Assembly: GCA_965223325.1 (NCBI GenBank)
Contig: CBDCWI010000002.1
Location: 1,408,001-1,472,000 of the forward strand
DNA from: Candidatus Multivoradales bacterium
Lineage (GTDB): Bacteria; Acidobacteriota; Thermoanaerobaculia; Multivoradales; Multivoraceae
Direction: 5' to 3'
Length of the DNA: 64,000 nt
Shown here: piece by piece, positions 55,520 to 64,000 of the stretch
How positions within the stretch are numbered: position 1 is the first letter of the stretch
Layout of the letters: the number at the start of each line of letters is the position of its first letter
The notes under the pieces: model-generated
The model's database searches: none
Told to the model about the DNA's origin: nothing
The model's input: the letters and a program-made list of their open reading frames with translations, nothing else
Program-made: the position numbers and the translations under genes

Positions 55520-56743
55520 TTGACTCTTAGTCGGCCGCTTCGCTTCATCGTCGTCGCGGCTCTTGCGGCCGTGCTCTGGGGCTGCGCGACGGCCACGCCT
55601 CTCCGGGTTGGCACGAGCGGTGACTATCCGCCCTTCTCGGTCAGCGTTCCTACCGAGCGCCACGAGGAGCGTGGGCAGGCGGCCCCAACCAGGACCGGCA
55701 TCGAGATCGAGCTCGCGGAACGGGTCGCCGAGGAACTCGGCTTTCGCATCGTATGGGTGCCCTTTCGCTGGCCTGAACTCAGTGCCGACGTCGCTGCCAG
55801 CCGATTCGATGTCGCCATGAGCGGCGTGACCTGGCGACCGGAGCGCGCGGCCCGTGGCCAGATGACGAGAGCCTGGGCAGTGGGTGGACCGTGCACCGTC
55901 GGCAACCCGGAGCGCGGCTCGCCGGAGCGCCCCTCCCGCATCGCCGTCAACCGAGGTGGCGTTCTCGAACACTTCGCGCGCACCCGGTTTCCCGAAGCGC
56001 CGGGCTCGGGCTGGCGGGTCATAGCGGTCGACGACAACCGCAGTCTGCCGCGGCTTCTCGCGACCGGCGAAGTCGACGCCTTCGTCACCGACAGTTTCGA
56101 GATCGAGAGCTTTCGCTCCGAGGAGATGCCCTTTGCCTGCGAGCCGCGAACCGACCGCAAGGTCTGGTGGACGACGCCGGGAGCGCCCGACGGACTCGCC
56201 GAGCGGCTCGATCGGTTCCTGGCGCAGCACGAAGGAGAGATTCGAGTCCTAAGGCGCGCATCTTTTGGCCAGGCCCAGGCACGCAGCGAGCTCGACCACC
56301 TGGTCGACCTGCTCGACCGCCGCCTCGCCTTCATGCCGCACGTCGCGCGCATCAAACAGGCACGAGGTCTGGCGATCGAAGTGCCCGAACGTGAGGCGGT
56401 GGTGGCCGAGAGCGCCGCCCGGGCGGCACGAGCCGCGGGGCTCGACCCAACGGCGGTGCGAGACCTTTTCGCACTCCAGATCGAGCTGGCGAAGAAGATC
56501 CAACGCCAGACGCTCGCCGACCTCGAGAGCGGAGAGATCGAAAGTGACAGCCCGCTGACCCTCGAAGAGATCCGGCCCGTCCTCCTTCGACTCGGCGAAC
56601 AGATCGTCGAAGCACTCTCCAACCTCCCTCCGCTCGACGGGCCGGAAGCTGGTGCGCAGGAGTTCTCCCTCCTCGAGAGCCGGCTCCCCGCCGCCGAGAT
56701 CAACCAGCTACGCCGTGCGGTCCTCCAGGCAGCGTCTCCGTGA
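55520..56743 (+). CDS. Lipoprotein: cyclohexadienyl dehydratase-like SBP domain fused to AroQ chorismate mutase
   Basis: Lipobox LWGC; LRVGTSGDYPPFS, FDVAMSG, VNRGG; LLDRRL..M..VARIK...IEVPERE..V...QIELAKKIQ. Confidence 0.75.
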   Translation: MTLSRPLRFIVVAALAAVLWGCATATPLRVGTSGDYPPFSVSVPTERHEERGQAAPTRTGIEIELAERVAEELGFRIVWVPFRWPELSADVAASRFDVAMSGVTWRPERAARGQMTRAWAVGGPCTVGNPERGSPERPSRIAVNRGGVLEHFARTRFPEAPGSGWRVIAVDDNRSLPRLLATGEVDAFVTDSFEIESFRSEEMPFACEPRTDRKVWWTTPGAPDGLAERLDRFLAQHEGEIRVLRRASFGQAQARSELDHLVDLLDRRLAFMPHVARIKQARGLAIEVPEREAVVAESAARAARAAGLDPTAVRDLFALQIELAKKIQRQTLADLESGEIESDSPLTLEEIRPVLLRLGEQIVEALSNLPPLDGPEAGAQEFSLLESRLPAAEINQLRRAVLQAASP

Positions 56744-56991
56744 CGACCGCAGGATTCCACCACCGGGCCCTCGAGACGCCGGCGAACCCCCAACCAGCCC
56801 GAACGCCTTCCAACGGCAATCATGGGGGAATTGTAGAATTTTGCCTTATCGTTTAGTGGCGATCATCTCCGGTCATCTGTATATTCTGTAAACGAGAGAT
56901 TTCTCTACTGGTCGTGCTCTCGCCAGCCTCCCCGTTCTGTCGTTCCGATGCGACAGACGCTTCCCTCCCTCCTTCCTCCAGGTATCCCGCC

Positions 56992-59900
56992 ATGCTTCGA
57001 CCTACGTTCGCTTCCCTGTTCCTCGCTTCTCTCTTTGCCACGGCCGCAATGGCCAACATCACCGGCCAGGTCTTCATCGATCACGGCGACGACGGCACGC
57101 GCAACGCCAACGACGCGGGCCTCGCCGGAATCCAGGTGCAGGTTTTCGATGCCACCGGAGCAGCGGCGGGCAGCGCAACGACCGTCTACTGCACCGGGGC
57201 CGGTGCCCCGGTCGCCGACTGCGCGTCGGCAACCGACGCCGGGCACTACAACGTCGCAGTCGCCGGAACGGCTCCTTTCCGGGTCGAGTTCATTCTGCCG
57301 GCGGGGGTCGAGCCGAGCCAGTTCGGCGCTGAGTCTGGGACCACCGTCCAGTTCGTCGCCACGGCCAACGAATCAGGGGTCGACCTCGGTGTCTTGTCGC
57401 CATCGCTGTTTTGCGAAGACGATCCGCGCGTCGCGGTGTCGTGCTACGAAGAGGGTAGCGCCACTGGCAATGCAAACAGCGCCTACGTCTCCTGGCCCTG
57501 GACCCAGGCAGGCGACGCCGTTCCTCCACGCAGCGACGCGACGATCGGAGAACTCGGCACCGTCTGGGGCGCCGCTTATCAACGCGCTACGCAACGCATC
57601 TTCACCACCGCCGTTGTCCGCCGCCACTCCGGGCTCGGGGACCAGGGGACCGGCGGGGTCTACGTTCTCGACTACGCGACCGCCGGCGTTCCGCTGGCGA
57701 CCAAGTTCGACCTCGCCGGCGTCGTACCGGACAACGGCGGCGCAGCGCTCGACTTCGGCAACGTCTGCCGGGCGGCAGGCGCCTGCGTGACTGCCGGAAC
57801 CGGCATCGTGGCGGACTACACCCTGGCCGCCGGCGGAATGCCGTCGATCGACCTCGACGCCTACAACAAGGTCGGGCGCGCCGGAATCGGCGACGCCGAC
57901 ATGGCGGGCGATGACAAGACGCTCTGGTTGGTCAATCTCAACGACGCCGAGCTGATCTCTGTCGATGTCAGCGGTGACGCCGGTTCCCTACCCGGCGCAG
58001 TCAACCGTTTCGCGGTCTCGGGGTCAGGGGACTGGCCTGTCTGTGCCGATGCCAGCCCTTTCGTCCCCTGGGGCCTGGCCTTCCGCCTCGGCCGCGGCTT
58101 CCTGGGTGGTGTGTGCACAGCCGAGTCGAGTTCAGACCCCGCGAACCTGGCGGCCTTCGTTCTCGAATTCGACCCGGCTGATCCGGTCGGAACTCTCACC
58201 GAGGTCCTCACCTTCAGCCTCGCTTTCAACCGCGAGGAGTCGGTGGTTGGAGACAAACCCGGTGAGTGGCAGGACTGGACCACCGTCTGGCCGCACGGCA
58301 ACAACAACGCCTTCTTTCAGTTCTTCGTCGGGCGACCATCGCCGATTCTGAGCGACATCGACTTCGCCAGCGACGGCTCGATGATCCTCGGTTTCATCGA
58401 CCGTCACGGTATGCAGCTGGCCTCCTATCAGGCCCCCGCTGTTTCAGGTGGTGGCACCAACAACTACTCCGCCACCATGGCCGGCGACATCATGCGAGTC
58501 TGCGACGTCGATGGTGTCTGGCGCCCGGCAGGGCATGCCGACTGCCCCTCTGGCGACGCTGGCGCGGCGCCCAACGAACTTGACGACGGCCCGTTTGGAG
58601 GCGGTGAGTTCTTCAACGAAGATCGACTGCTCAGCGGCGCCTCGCACATGGAAGTCGCTACTGGCTCGGTGTCGGTGCTGCCAGGCTCGACCGAGGTCAT
58701 GAGCACGGTCATCGACCCGTTCGTCATCGATACCAGCGGTGTACATCGCTACAGCACCGTCGATGGGTCGAAGAACGCCGGTTACCTCGTGTACTCGGGC
58801 GGTGGTAGCGGCGCCAACCCGATCGTCAACAAGGCTCAGGCGCTCGGCGACCTCGAGCTGGCCTGCTCGCCGGCCCCGGTCCAGGTCGGCAACTACATCT
58901 GGTCCGACACCGACGAGAACGGCGTGATGGACCCTGGTGAGCCTGCGCTCGGCGGTGTTGGAGTATCGGTCTACGACGACAGCGGCAACCTCATCGGGAT
59001 GACGACTACCGACGGCAGCGGCCGCTACCTGTTCGACTTCGCACAGTCCGCAATCGTCGACCCGGACCCGATGGACAACCAGATCCTGCTTGCCGACCCC
59101 TTCGACGCCAACTACTACATCGAAGTCAAAGCCTCCAACTTCAACGCTGGGCAGCCGCTCGACGGTTTGACCGCTGCAACGCCTGACAACGACGGTTCGG
59201 CCGGCGGTGACAAGCGCGACTCAGACGGCGTAGCCATCAACATCCCGGGGGTCGGCGCCGGCCTCGGCGTTCAGTTCACCCTTGGCAGCCACGGCCAGAA
59301 CAACCACAGCTACGACTTCGGCTTCGTTGGCGCGGTTGCTGTGCCCGACCTTTCGCTCGGCAATCGCGTTTGGCTCGACATGGGAGTCGGCGTAGGTGAG
59401 CTCAACAACGGCCAGCTCGACGCTGGCGAGTCAGGCATTGCTTCGGTACAGGTCGAGCTCCTCAACGCCGCGGGTGCGCCGGTCGACCTCGGCAGTGGGC
59501 CGGTGACCACCACCACCGATGCCCAGGGCCACTACCTGTTCGACAACCTGCCGGCCGGCACCTATCGGGTGCGCCTTTCGGCCTCCAACTTCGGAACTGG
59601 CCAGCCGCTCGCCGGCCTGGTGAGTTCAACTCCCACCGAGCTCACTCCCGACAGCGACATCGATAGCAACGACAACGGCATCGATGCGGCCACTCCCACC
59701 ACCACCGGAATCACCAGCGGCCCGGTGACCTTGGCGCTCAACCTCGAGCCCATCGGCGAAACCGACCTCGGTGCGCTGGGGCCGGGCGGGGCCGAGAACG
59801 ACGACTCCAACCTGACGGTGGACTTCGGTCTCTTCCAACCTCTTTCGCTTGGCAACCTGGTGTGGTCCGATGCCGACAACAGCGGTGACGTGAACGCCGG

Positions 59901-60417
59901 CGAGCTCGGCATTCCTGGCGTGACGCTCAACCTCCTCGATGGAGCCGGCGTTCCCGTGCTGGGCGGCGACGGTCTTCCGCGAACGACGACCACCGACGCC
60001 TCCGGGCACTACCTCTTCGACCTTCTGGCACCAGGTGTCTATATGGTCGAGATTCCGGCGACGGAGTTCCAGCCCGGGGGCGTCCTCAGCGGAGGCACCA
60101 GCTCGAACGGTCCCGCCGAGGAGGGTGACCCCAACCTCGATGGCGACGACAACGACAATGGCGTCGACCCGGCAGATGCGGCGGTCGACGGCGTGCGCAG
60201 CAACCCGGTCACCATCACCTACACTGCCGAGCCACTCGCCGAGGGAGACCCCTCCGGCAACGCCACCGATTCGAACTCGAACCTGACGGTCGACTTCGGC
60301 ATCTTCGGCGTCGTCATCGAGATCTACACCGTGCCAACGCTCGGTGGCGCAGGCCTGATGACACTCCTGGCCCTGATCTCGCTCTTGGCTATGCGTCGTT
60401 TGCGGAGGATCAGCTAG
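56992..60417 (+). CDS. SdrD-B-domain surface protein with beta-propeller and IPTL-CTERM
   Basis: Signal peptide; repeats VGNYIW, LGNRVW, LGNLVW...GHYLF; C-terminus VPTLGGAGLMTLLALISLLAMRRLRR. Confidence 0.85.
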   Translation: MLRPTFASLFLASLFATAAMANITGQVFIDHGDDGTRNANDAGLAGIQVQVFDATGAAAGSATTVYCTGAGAPVADCASATDAGHYNVAVAGTAPFRVEFILPAGVEPSQFGAESGTTVQFVATANESGVDLGVLSPSLFCEDDPRVAVSCYEEGSATGNANSAYVSWPWTQAGDAVPPRSDATIGELGTVWGAAYQRATQRIFTTAVVRRHSGLGDQGTGGVYVLDYATAGVPLATKFDLAGVVPDNGGAALDFGNVCRAAGACVTAGTGIVADYTLAAGGMPSIDLDAYNKVGRAGIGDADMAGDDKTLWLVNLNDAELISVDVSGDAGSLPGAVNRFAVSGSGDWPVCADASPFVPWGLAFRLGRGFLGGVCTAESSSDPANLAAFVLEFDPADPVGTLTEVLTFSLAFNREESVVGDKPGEWQDWTTVWPHGNNNAFFQFFVGRPSPILSDIDFASDGSMILGFIDRHGMQLASYQAPAVSGGGTNNYSATMAGDIMRVCDVDGVWRPAGHADCPSGDAGAAPNELDDGPFGGGEFFNEDRLLSGASHMEVATGSVSVLPGSTEVMSTVIDPFVIDTSGVHRYSTVDGSKNAGYLVYSGGGSGANPIVNKAQALGDLELACSPAPVQVGNYIWSDTDENGVMDPGEPALGGVGVSVYDDSGNLIGMTTTDGSGRYLFDFAQSAIVDPDPMDNQILLADPFDANYYIEVKASNFNAGQPLDGLTAATPDNDGSAGGDKRDSDGVAINIPGVGAGLGVQFTLGSHGQNNHSYDFGFVGAVAVPDLSLGNRVWLDMGVGVGELNNGQLDAGESGIASVQVELLNAAGAPVDLGSGPVTTTTDAQGHYLFDNLPAGTYRVRLSASNFGTGQPLAGLVSSTPTELTPDSDIDSNDNGIDAATPTTTGITSGPVTLALNLEPIGETDLGALGPGGAENDDSNLTVDFGLFQPLSLGNLVWSDADNSGDVNAGELGIPGVTLNLLDGAGVPVLGGDGLPRTTTTDASGHYLFDLLAPGVYMVEIPATEFQPGGVLSGGTSSNGPAEEGDPNLDGDDNDNGVDPADAAVDGVRSNPVTITYTAEPLAEGDPSGNATDSNSNLTVDFGIFGVVIEIYTVPTLGGAGLMTLLALISLLAMRRLRRIS

Positions 60418-60446
60418 AGCTACGTCGGCCTGACCGCAGCGGGCGG

Positions 60447-61628
60447 TCAGGCAACTTCGAAGAGTCCCGCGGCTCCCATGCCGCCACCGATGCACATCGT
60501 CACCACGACGTACTTTGCCTTGCGACGGCTGCCTTCGATGAGCGCGTGACCGACCATGCGCGCGCCGCTCATTCCATAGGGATGTCCGATCGAAATGGCA
60601 CCGCCGTTGACATTGAGGAGTTCATCGGGGATGCCCAGCTTGTCGCGACAGTAGATGACCTGGACGGCGAAGGCTTCGTTGAGCTCCCACAGACCGATGT
60701 CGCCGACCTCGAGGCCGAAACGTTCGAGAAGCTTGGGAACCGCAAACACCGGACCGATGCCCATCTCGTCGGGCTCGGTGCCGGCAACCGCCATGCCGCG
60801 GTAGATACCAAGGGGTGCGAGACCGCGCTTCTCCGCTTCTTTGGCCTCCATCAAGACGGAAGCCGAAGCGCCATCCGAGAGCTGGCTGGCGTTGCCGGCG
60901 GTAATCGTGCCGCCTTCGCGCACCGACTTCAAGCCTGCGAGACCTTCGAGGGTGGTGCCTGGACGATTGCCCTCGTCTTGTTCGAGAAGGGTTTCCTTGA
61001 AGGTGATCTCTCCAGTCTCCTTGTTCATCACCCCCATGGTGGCTGGAGTCGGCACGATCTCGTCATCGAAACGGCCGGCCTCCTGGGCGGCGGCGGTGCG
61101 CATCTGGCTCTGGTAGCCGTACTCGTCCTGGGCCTCGCGCGAAATGTCGTAACGCTTGGCAACCACCTCAGCGGTGTCGATCATCGGCATGTGCAGCGCC
61201 GGAATGTTCTCTTTGATCCAGGGATCGGGGGTGCGGTAGCCGTTCATGTGTTCGTTCTGCACCAGGCTGATCGAATCGATGCCGCCAGCGACGACCACTG
61301 GTGCACGGTCGATGACGATCTGTTTGGCGGCGGTCGCGATCGACATCAGACCCGACGAACACTGGCGGTCCATTGTCATACCCGAAACATTGACCGGCAG
61401 CTCCGCCCGCAGCGCGATCTGGCGCGCAACGTTGAAGCCCTGCGAACCCTGCTGCATCGCCGCACCGAAGATCACGTCGTCGATCTCGGCCGGGTCGACC
61501 CCGGAGCGCTCGACCGCCGCCTTGACCGCGTGCGATCCCAGGGTCGGGGATTCCGTATTGTTGAACGAGCCTCGGTAGGCCTTGCCGATCGGTGTCCGGG
61601 CAGTGGAAACAATGACCGCTTCTCTCAT
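60447..61628 (-). CDS. Acetyl-CoA C-acyltransferase (thiolase)
   Basis: [41 protein letters not shown]. Confidence 0.95.
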   Translation of the reverse strand: MREAVIVSTARTPIGKAYRGSFNNTESPTLGSHAVKAAVERSGVDPAEIDDVIFGAAMQQGSQGFNVARQIALRAELPVNVSGMTMDRQCSSGLMSIATAAKQIVIDRAPVVVAGGIDSISLVQNEHMNGYRTPDPWIKENIPALHMPMIDTAEVVAKRYDISREAQDEYGYQSQMRTAAAQEAGRFDDEIVPTPATMGVMNKETGEITFKETLLEQDEGNRPGTTLEGLAGLKSVREGGTITAGNASQLSDGASASVLMEAKEAEKRGLAPLGIYRGMAVAGTEPDEMGIGPVFAVPKLLERFGLEVGDIGLWELNEAFAVQVIYCRDKLGIPDELLNVNGGAISIGHPYGMSGARMVGHALIEGSRRKAKYVVVTMCIGGGMGAAGLFEVA

Positions 61629-61737
61629 GGCGCTCTACTCTCCTCGACGTGTTCGAAACACGCTCGGTTCACTCAGATGGATGGTTGCGCGGGCGAGCGT
61701 ATCCCAAGGAGCTGGTGGGAAACCCCTGCCGGAAGCC

Positions 61738-62586
61738 TCAGTCGTCGAGCCAGCGGTTGAAGCGTGGCTCGCGACGATCACGAAAGGCGGCGACACCTTC
61801 CTTGGCGTCGGGGTGGTGGTCGGCCAGCGGGGTCTTCGACGCGATGTCGTCGAGGGCCTGATCCCAGGTCTGATCGACGGCGTTCTGCAGCGACCGTTTC
61901 AGGAGCCGCATCGCCACCTGCGGACCATTGGCCAATTCAGTGGCAAGATCGAGCGCGCGCTCGGTGAGCTGATCGTCGGGAACCACTTCGTGCACCAGGC
62001 CGAGCTCGAGCGCCTCGTCGGCGTCGACGATGCGCCGGCGCATCAAGAAGTCCATCGCCCGAGGCAGGCCGAGGGTCCGTTCCAACAGCCAGTGACCGCC
62101 CTCGTCAGGCAAGAGGCCAAAGCGCAGCGTGGCGCTGCCCATACGGGCGGACCGGGCGGCGATGCGGAAGTCGCAACACAGGGCGAGTGAAAAGCCGGTT
62201 TGAATGGCCACGCCGTTGATCGCCGCGATGGTCAGTTTGTCGAGCGCGCGCACCGCCGAGTTGAGTGGCTGCGAGATCTTGCGCAGGCCGTTGATGGTGC
62301 CGAGGGCATTGTGATGCCCCGGATGGATGTCGGGCATGACCGCGTTCTCGGAATCCGCCTCCTTGCCTGAGATGTCGTCACCGGCAGAGAACGCGCGACC
62401 CGAGCCTGTAAACACCAGCACCCGAAGGCGGTCGTCCATCGCCACCTGGGTCAGGACCTCCACTAGATCGCGCTTCATCGGCGCCAGCATTCCGTTTAAA
62501 CGGTCGGGCTCATTGAAGGTGACGATGGCGATGCCGGGGTCTTCGACATCAACGGCGAAGCTTTGGTAGGGACCGGGCTCGAGCAT
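61738..62586 (-). CDS. Enoyl-CoA hydratase/isomerase family protein
   Basis: NEPDRLN, FSAGDD, IAAING, CDFRIA, GLLPD, EALELGLV, EGVAAF. Start set at ATG 62586. Confidence 0.88.
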   Translation of the reverse strand: MLEPGPYQSFAVDVEDPGIAIVTFNEPDRLNGMLAPMKRDLVEVLTQVAMDDRLRVLVFTGSGRAFSAGDDISGKEADSENAVMPDIHPGHHNALGTINGLRKISQPLNSAVRALDKLTIAAINGVAIQTGFSLALCCDFRIAARSARMGSATLRFGLLPDEGGHWLLERTLGLPRAMDFLMRRRIVDADEALELGLVHEVVPDDQLTERALDLATELANGPQVAMRLLKRSLQNAVDQTWDQALDDIASKTPLADHHPDAKEGVAAFRDRREPRFNRWLDD

Positions 62587-62778
62587 GGAAAGTATTCCTC
62601 TGCGGGCCGAAGGTGGCCGCATCAAACTGTCATCGGTGAGGTGAACCTCAGCAAGAGGAGACGCCGAAGCATAGCGCGCCCTACCCCTCGACCAGCTCGT
62701 TGAGAGAGCACGAAACGCGGTACTCTGACTCCCACCTGCTTTCCAGGTCAGCAACTTGCACCAAGCGGAGGTTTCGTC

Positions 62779-63576
62779 ATGCGACTTCGTCAGGTGGCGC
62801 TCGTCGCGCGTGATCTCGAGTCCGCGACCCAGCGCCTCGGTCAACTTCTGGGCATCGACTACGGGTACCACGACCCCGGGATCATCAAGTTCGGGCTCGA
62901 CAACTGGGTGGCAGCAATCGGCGACACCTTTCTCGAGGTGGTTTCACCAGTGCAGGACGAAACGACCGCTGGGCGCTTCCTCGAACGGCGCGGCGGCGAC
63001 GGTGGCTACATGGTGATCCTGCAAACCGACAGCCTGGCGGCGGCGCGGCAACGCATCGAAGGTGCCGGGGCGCGCATCGTGTGGGAGGCGCAGGGTGACG
63101 GCCCGGCAGGTGAGAAGACTCTGGGCCTCCACGTCCACCCCAGAGACTGCGGCGGCGCGATCCTGTCAGTCGACGAGTCCACGCCAACCGAGGCCTGGGT
63201 GTGGGCAGGACCGGAGTGGCAGTCGCATGACGCGGCCGCGGCGTCCATGATCATGGCGACCGAGCTCGCTGCCGCCGACCCGGCCACCATGGCCGAGCGG
63301 TGGAGCGAGCTCCTCGGCGGTGAGGTTCGAGAGGGCAAAGCTCCCGGTGATCGCCCGGCCTGGATTCTCGAGCTCGACCGCAGCAGCGTGCGTTTCGTTC
63401 ACGATGCCGAGGGTCGGGGCGATGCAGTGATCGGTTTCGACGTCGCCACCAGAGACGAGACGGCCCTCGAGCAGCGGCTCGCGGAGGTCGGCATTCCACT
63501 TGGCGGCGAAACCGGTGGAGTGCGCTGGGCAGACGAGGTCGGGGTCAGGGTCTACTTCCAGCCGCACCAGGTCTAG
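62779..63576 (+). CDS. VOC / glyoxalase-like protein
   Basis: [35 protein letters not shown]. Confidence 0.8.
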   Translation: MRLRQVALVARDLESATQRLGQLLGIDYGYHDPGIIKFGLDNWVAAIGDTFLEVVSPVQDETTAGRFLERRGGDGGYMVILQTDSLAAARQRIEGAGARIVWEAQGDGPAGEKTLGLHVHPRDCGGAILSVDESTPTEAWVWAGPEWQSHDAAAASMIMATELAAADPATMAERWSELLGGEVREGKAPGDRPAWILELDRSSVRFVHDAEGRGDAVIGFDVATRDETALEQRLAEVGIPLGGETGGVRWADEVGVRVYFQPHQV

Positions 63577-63587
63577 GAGAAAGGTCT

Positions 63588-64000
63588 ATGGACTTCGAAT
63601 ACAACCAGAGAACCCGCGAGCTGCAGGCACGGCTCAACGCCTTCGTGGACGAACACGTCTACCCCAACGAGAAGGCCGTCCATGAGCTCAGCCAGACCGA
63701 CCCGATGGCCATCCCGGCCTTCATCGAGCCTCTTAAACAGCAGGCGAAGTCCCATGGGCTGTGGAACTGGTTTCTGCCGCACGAGTACGGTGAGTTCAGC
63801 CCGGGCCTCAGCAATCTCGAGTACGCGCCGCTCGCCGAAGAAATGGGCAAGGTCTCGTGGGCATCGGAGCTCTTCAACTGCAGCGCGCCCGACACCGGCA
63901 ACATGGAGGTCCTGGCGCGCTTTGGCGACCGGGAGCAGCAGAAGCGCTGGCTACAGCCCTTGCTCGAAGGTGAAATCCGCTCAGCATTCTTGATGACCGA
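63588..64000 (+). CDS. Acyl-CoA dehydrogenase (3' truncated)
   Basis: AGGAG RBS; MDFEY..., [54 protein letters not shown]. Confidence 0.92.
   Translation, partial: MDFEYNQRTRELQARLNAFVDEHVYPNEKAVHELSQTDPMAIPAFIEPLKQQAKSHGLWNWFLPHEYGEFSPGLSNLEYAPLAEEMGKVSWASELFNCSAPDTGNMEVLARFGDREQQKRWLQPLLEGEIRSAFLMT

Overview
GC-rich (roughly two-thirds G+C by eye) bacterial chromosomal segment with about 37 CDS. I found no rRNA, tRNA, transposase, integrase or CRISPR-cas. The gene mix includes IPTL-CTERM proteins, SdrD-B/Cna-B adhesins, proteins ending in an IFxDGFE-type tail, DUF3604, DUF6644-like proteins and a Vgb-propeller cytochrome. This resembles diderm Acidobacteriota such as Thermoanaerobaculia, but the taxon is inference only. 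Housekeeping and metabolic genes (prx, coaA, recD2, SSS symporter, HDAC, GGDEF, beta-oxidation enzymes) are interleaved with many exported proteins. Main leads: (1) a translationally coupled three-gene 'split' copper amine oxidase, with a stand-alone N2/N3-like subunit, a catalytically dead catalytic-domain paralogue and an active catalytic domain with a variant TPQ motif; (2) a MamK-like actin outside any magnetosome cluster, behind cell-wall hydrolases and a 12-bp repeat array; (3) a shared C-terminal (I/L)FxDxFExxxxxxW tail on three unrelated exported proteins, one a ~3,800-aa adhesin with an intact gingipain/PorU-like C25 protease; (4) a MauG/CcP-family diheme protein with Lys at the usual Met/Tyr ligand position; (5) a 1-kb structured repeat locus at 11.5-12.5 kb inside a zone of strong strand bias. 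All family calls come from motif recognition by eye; no database searches were run.
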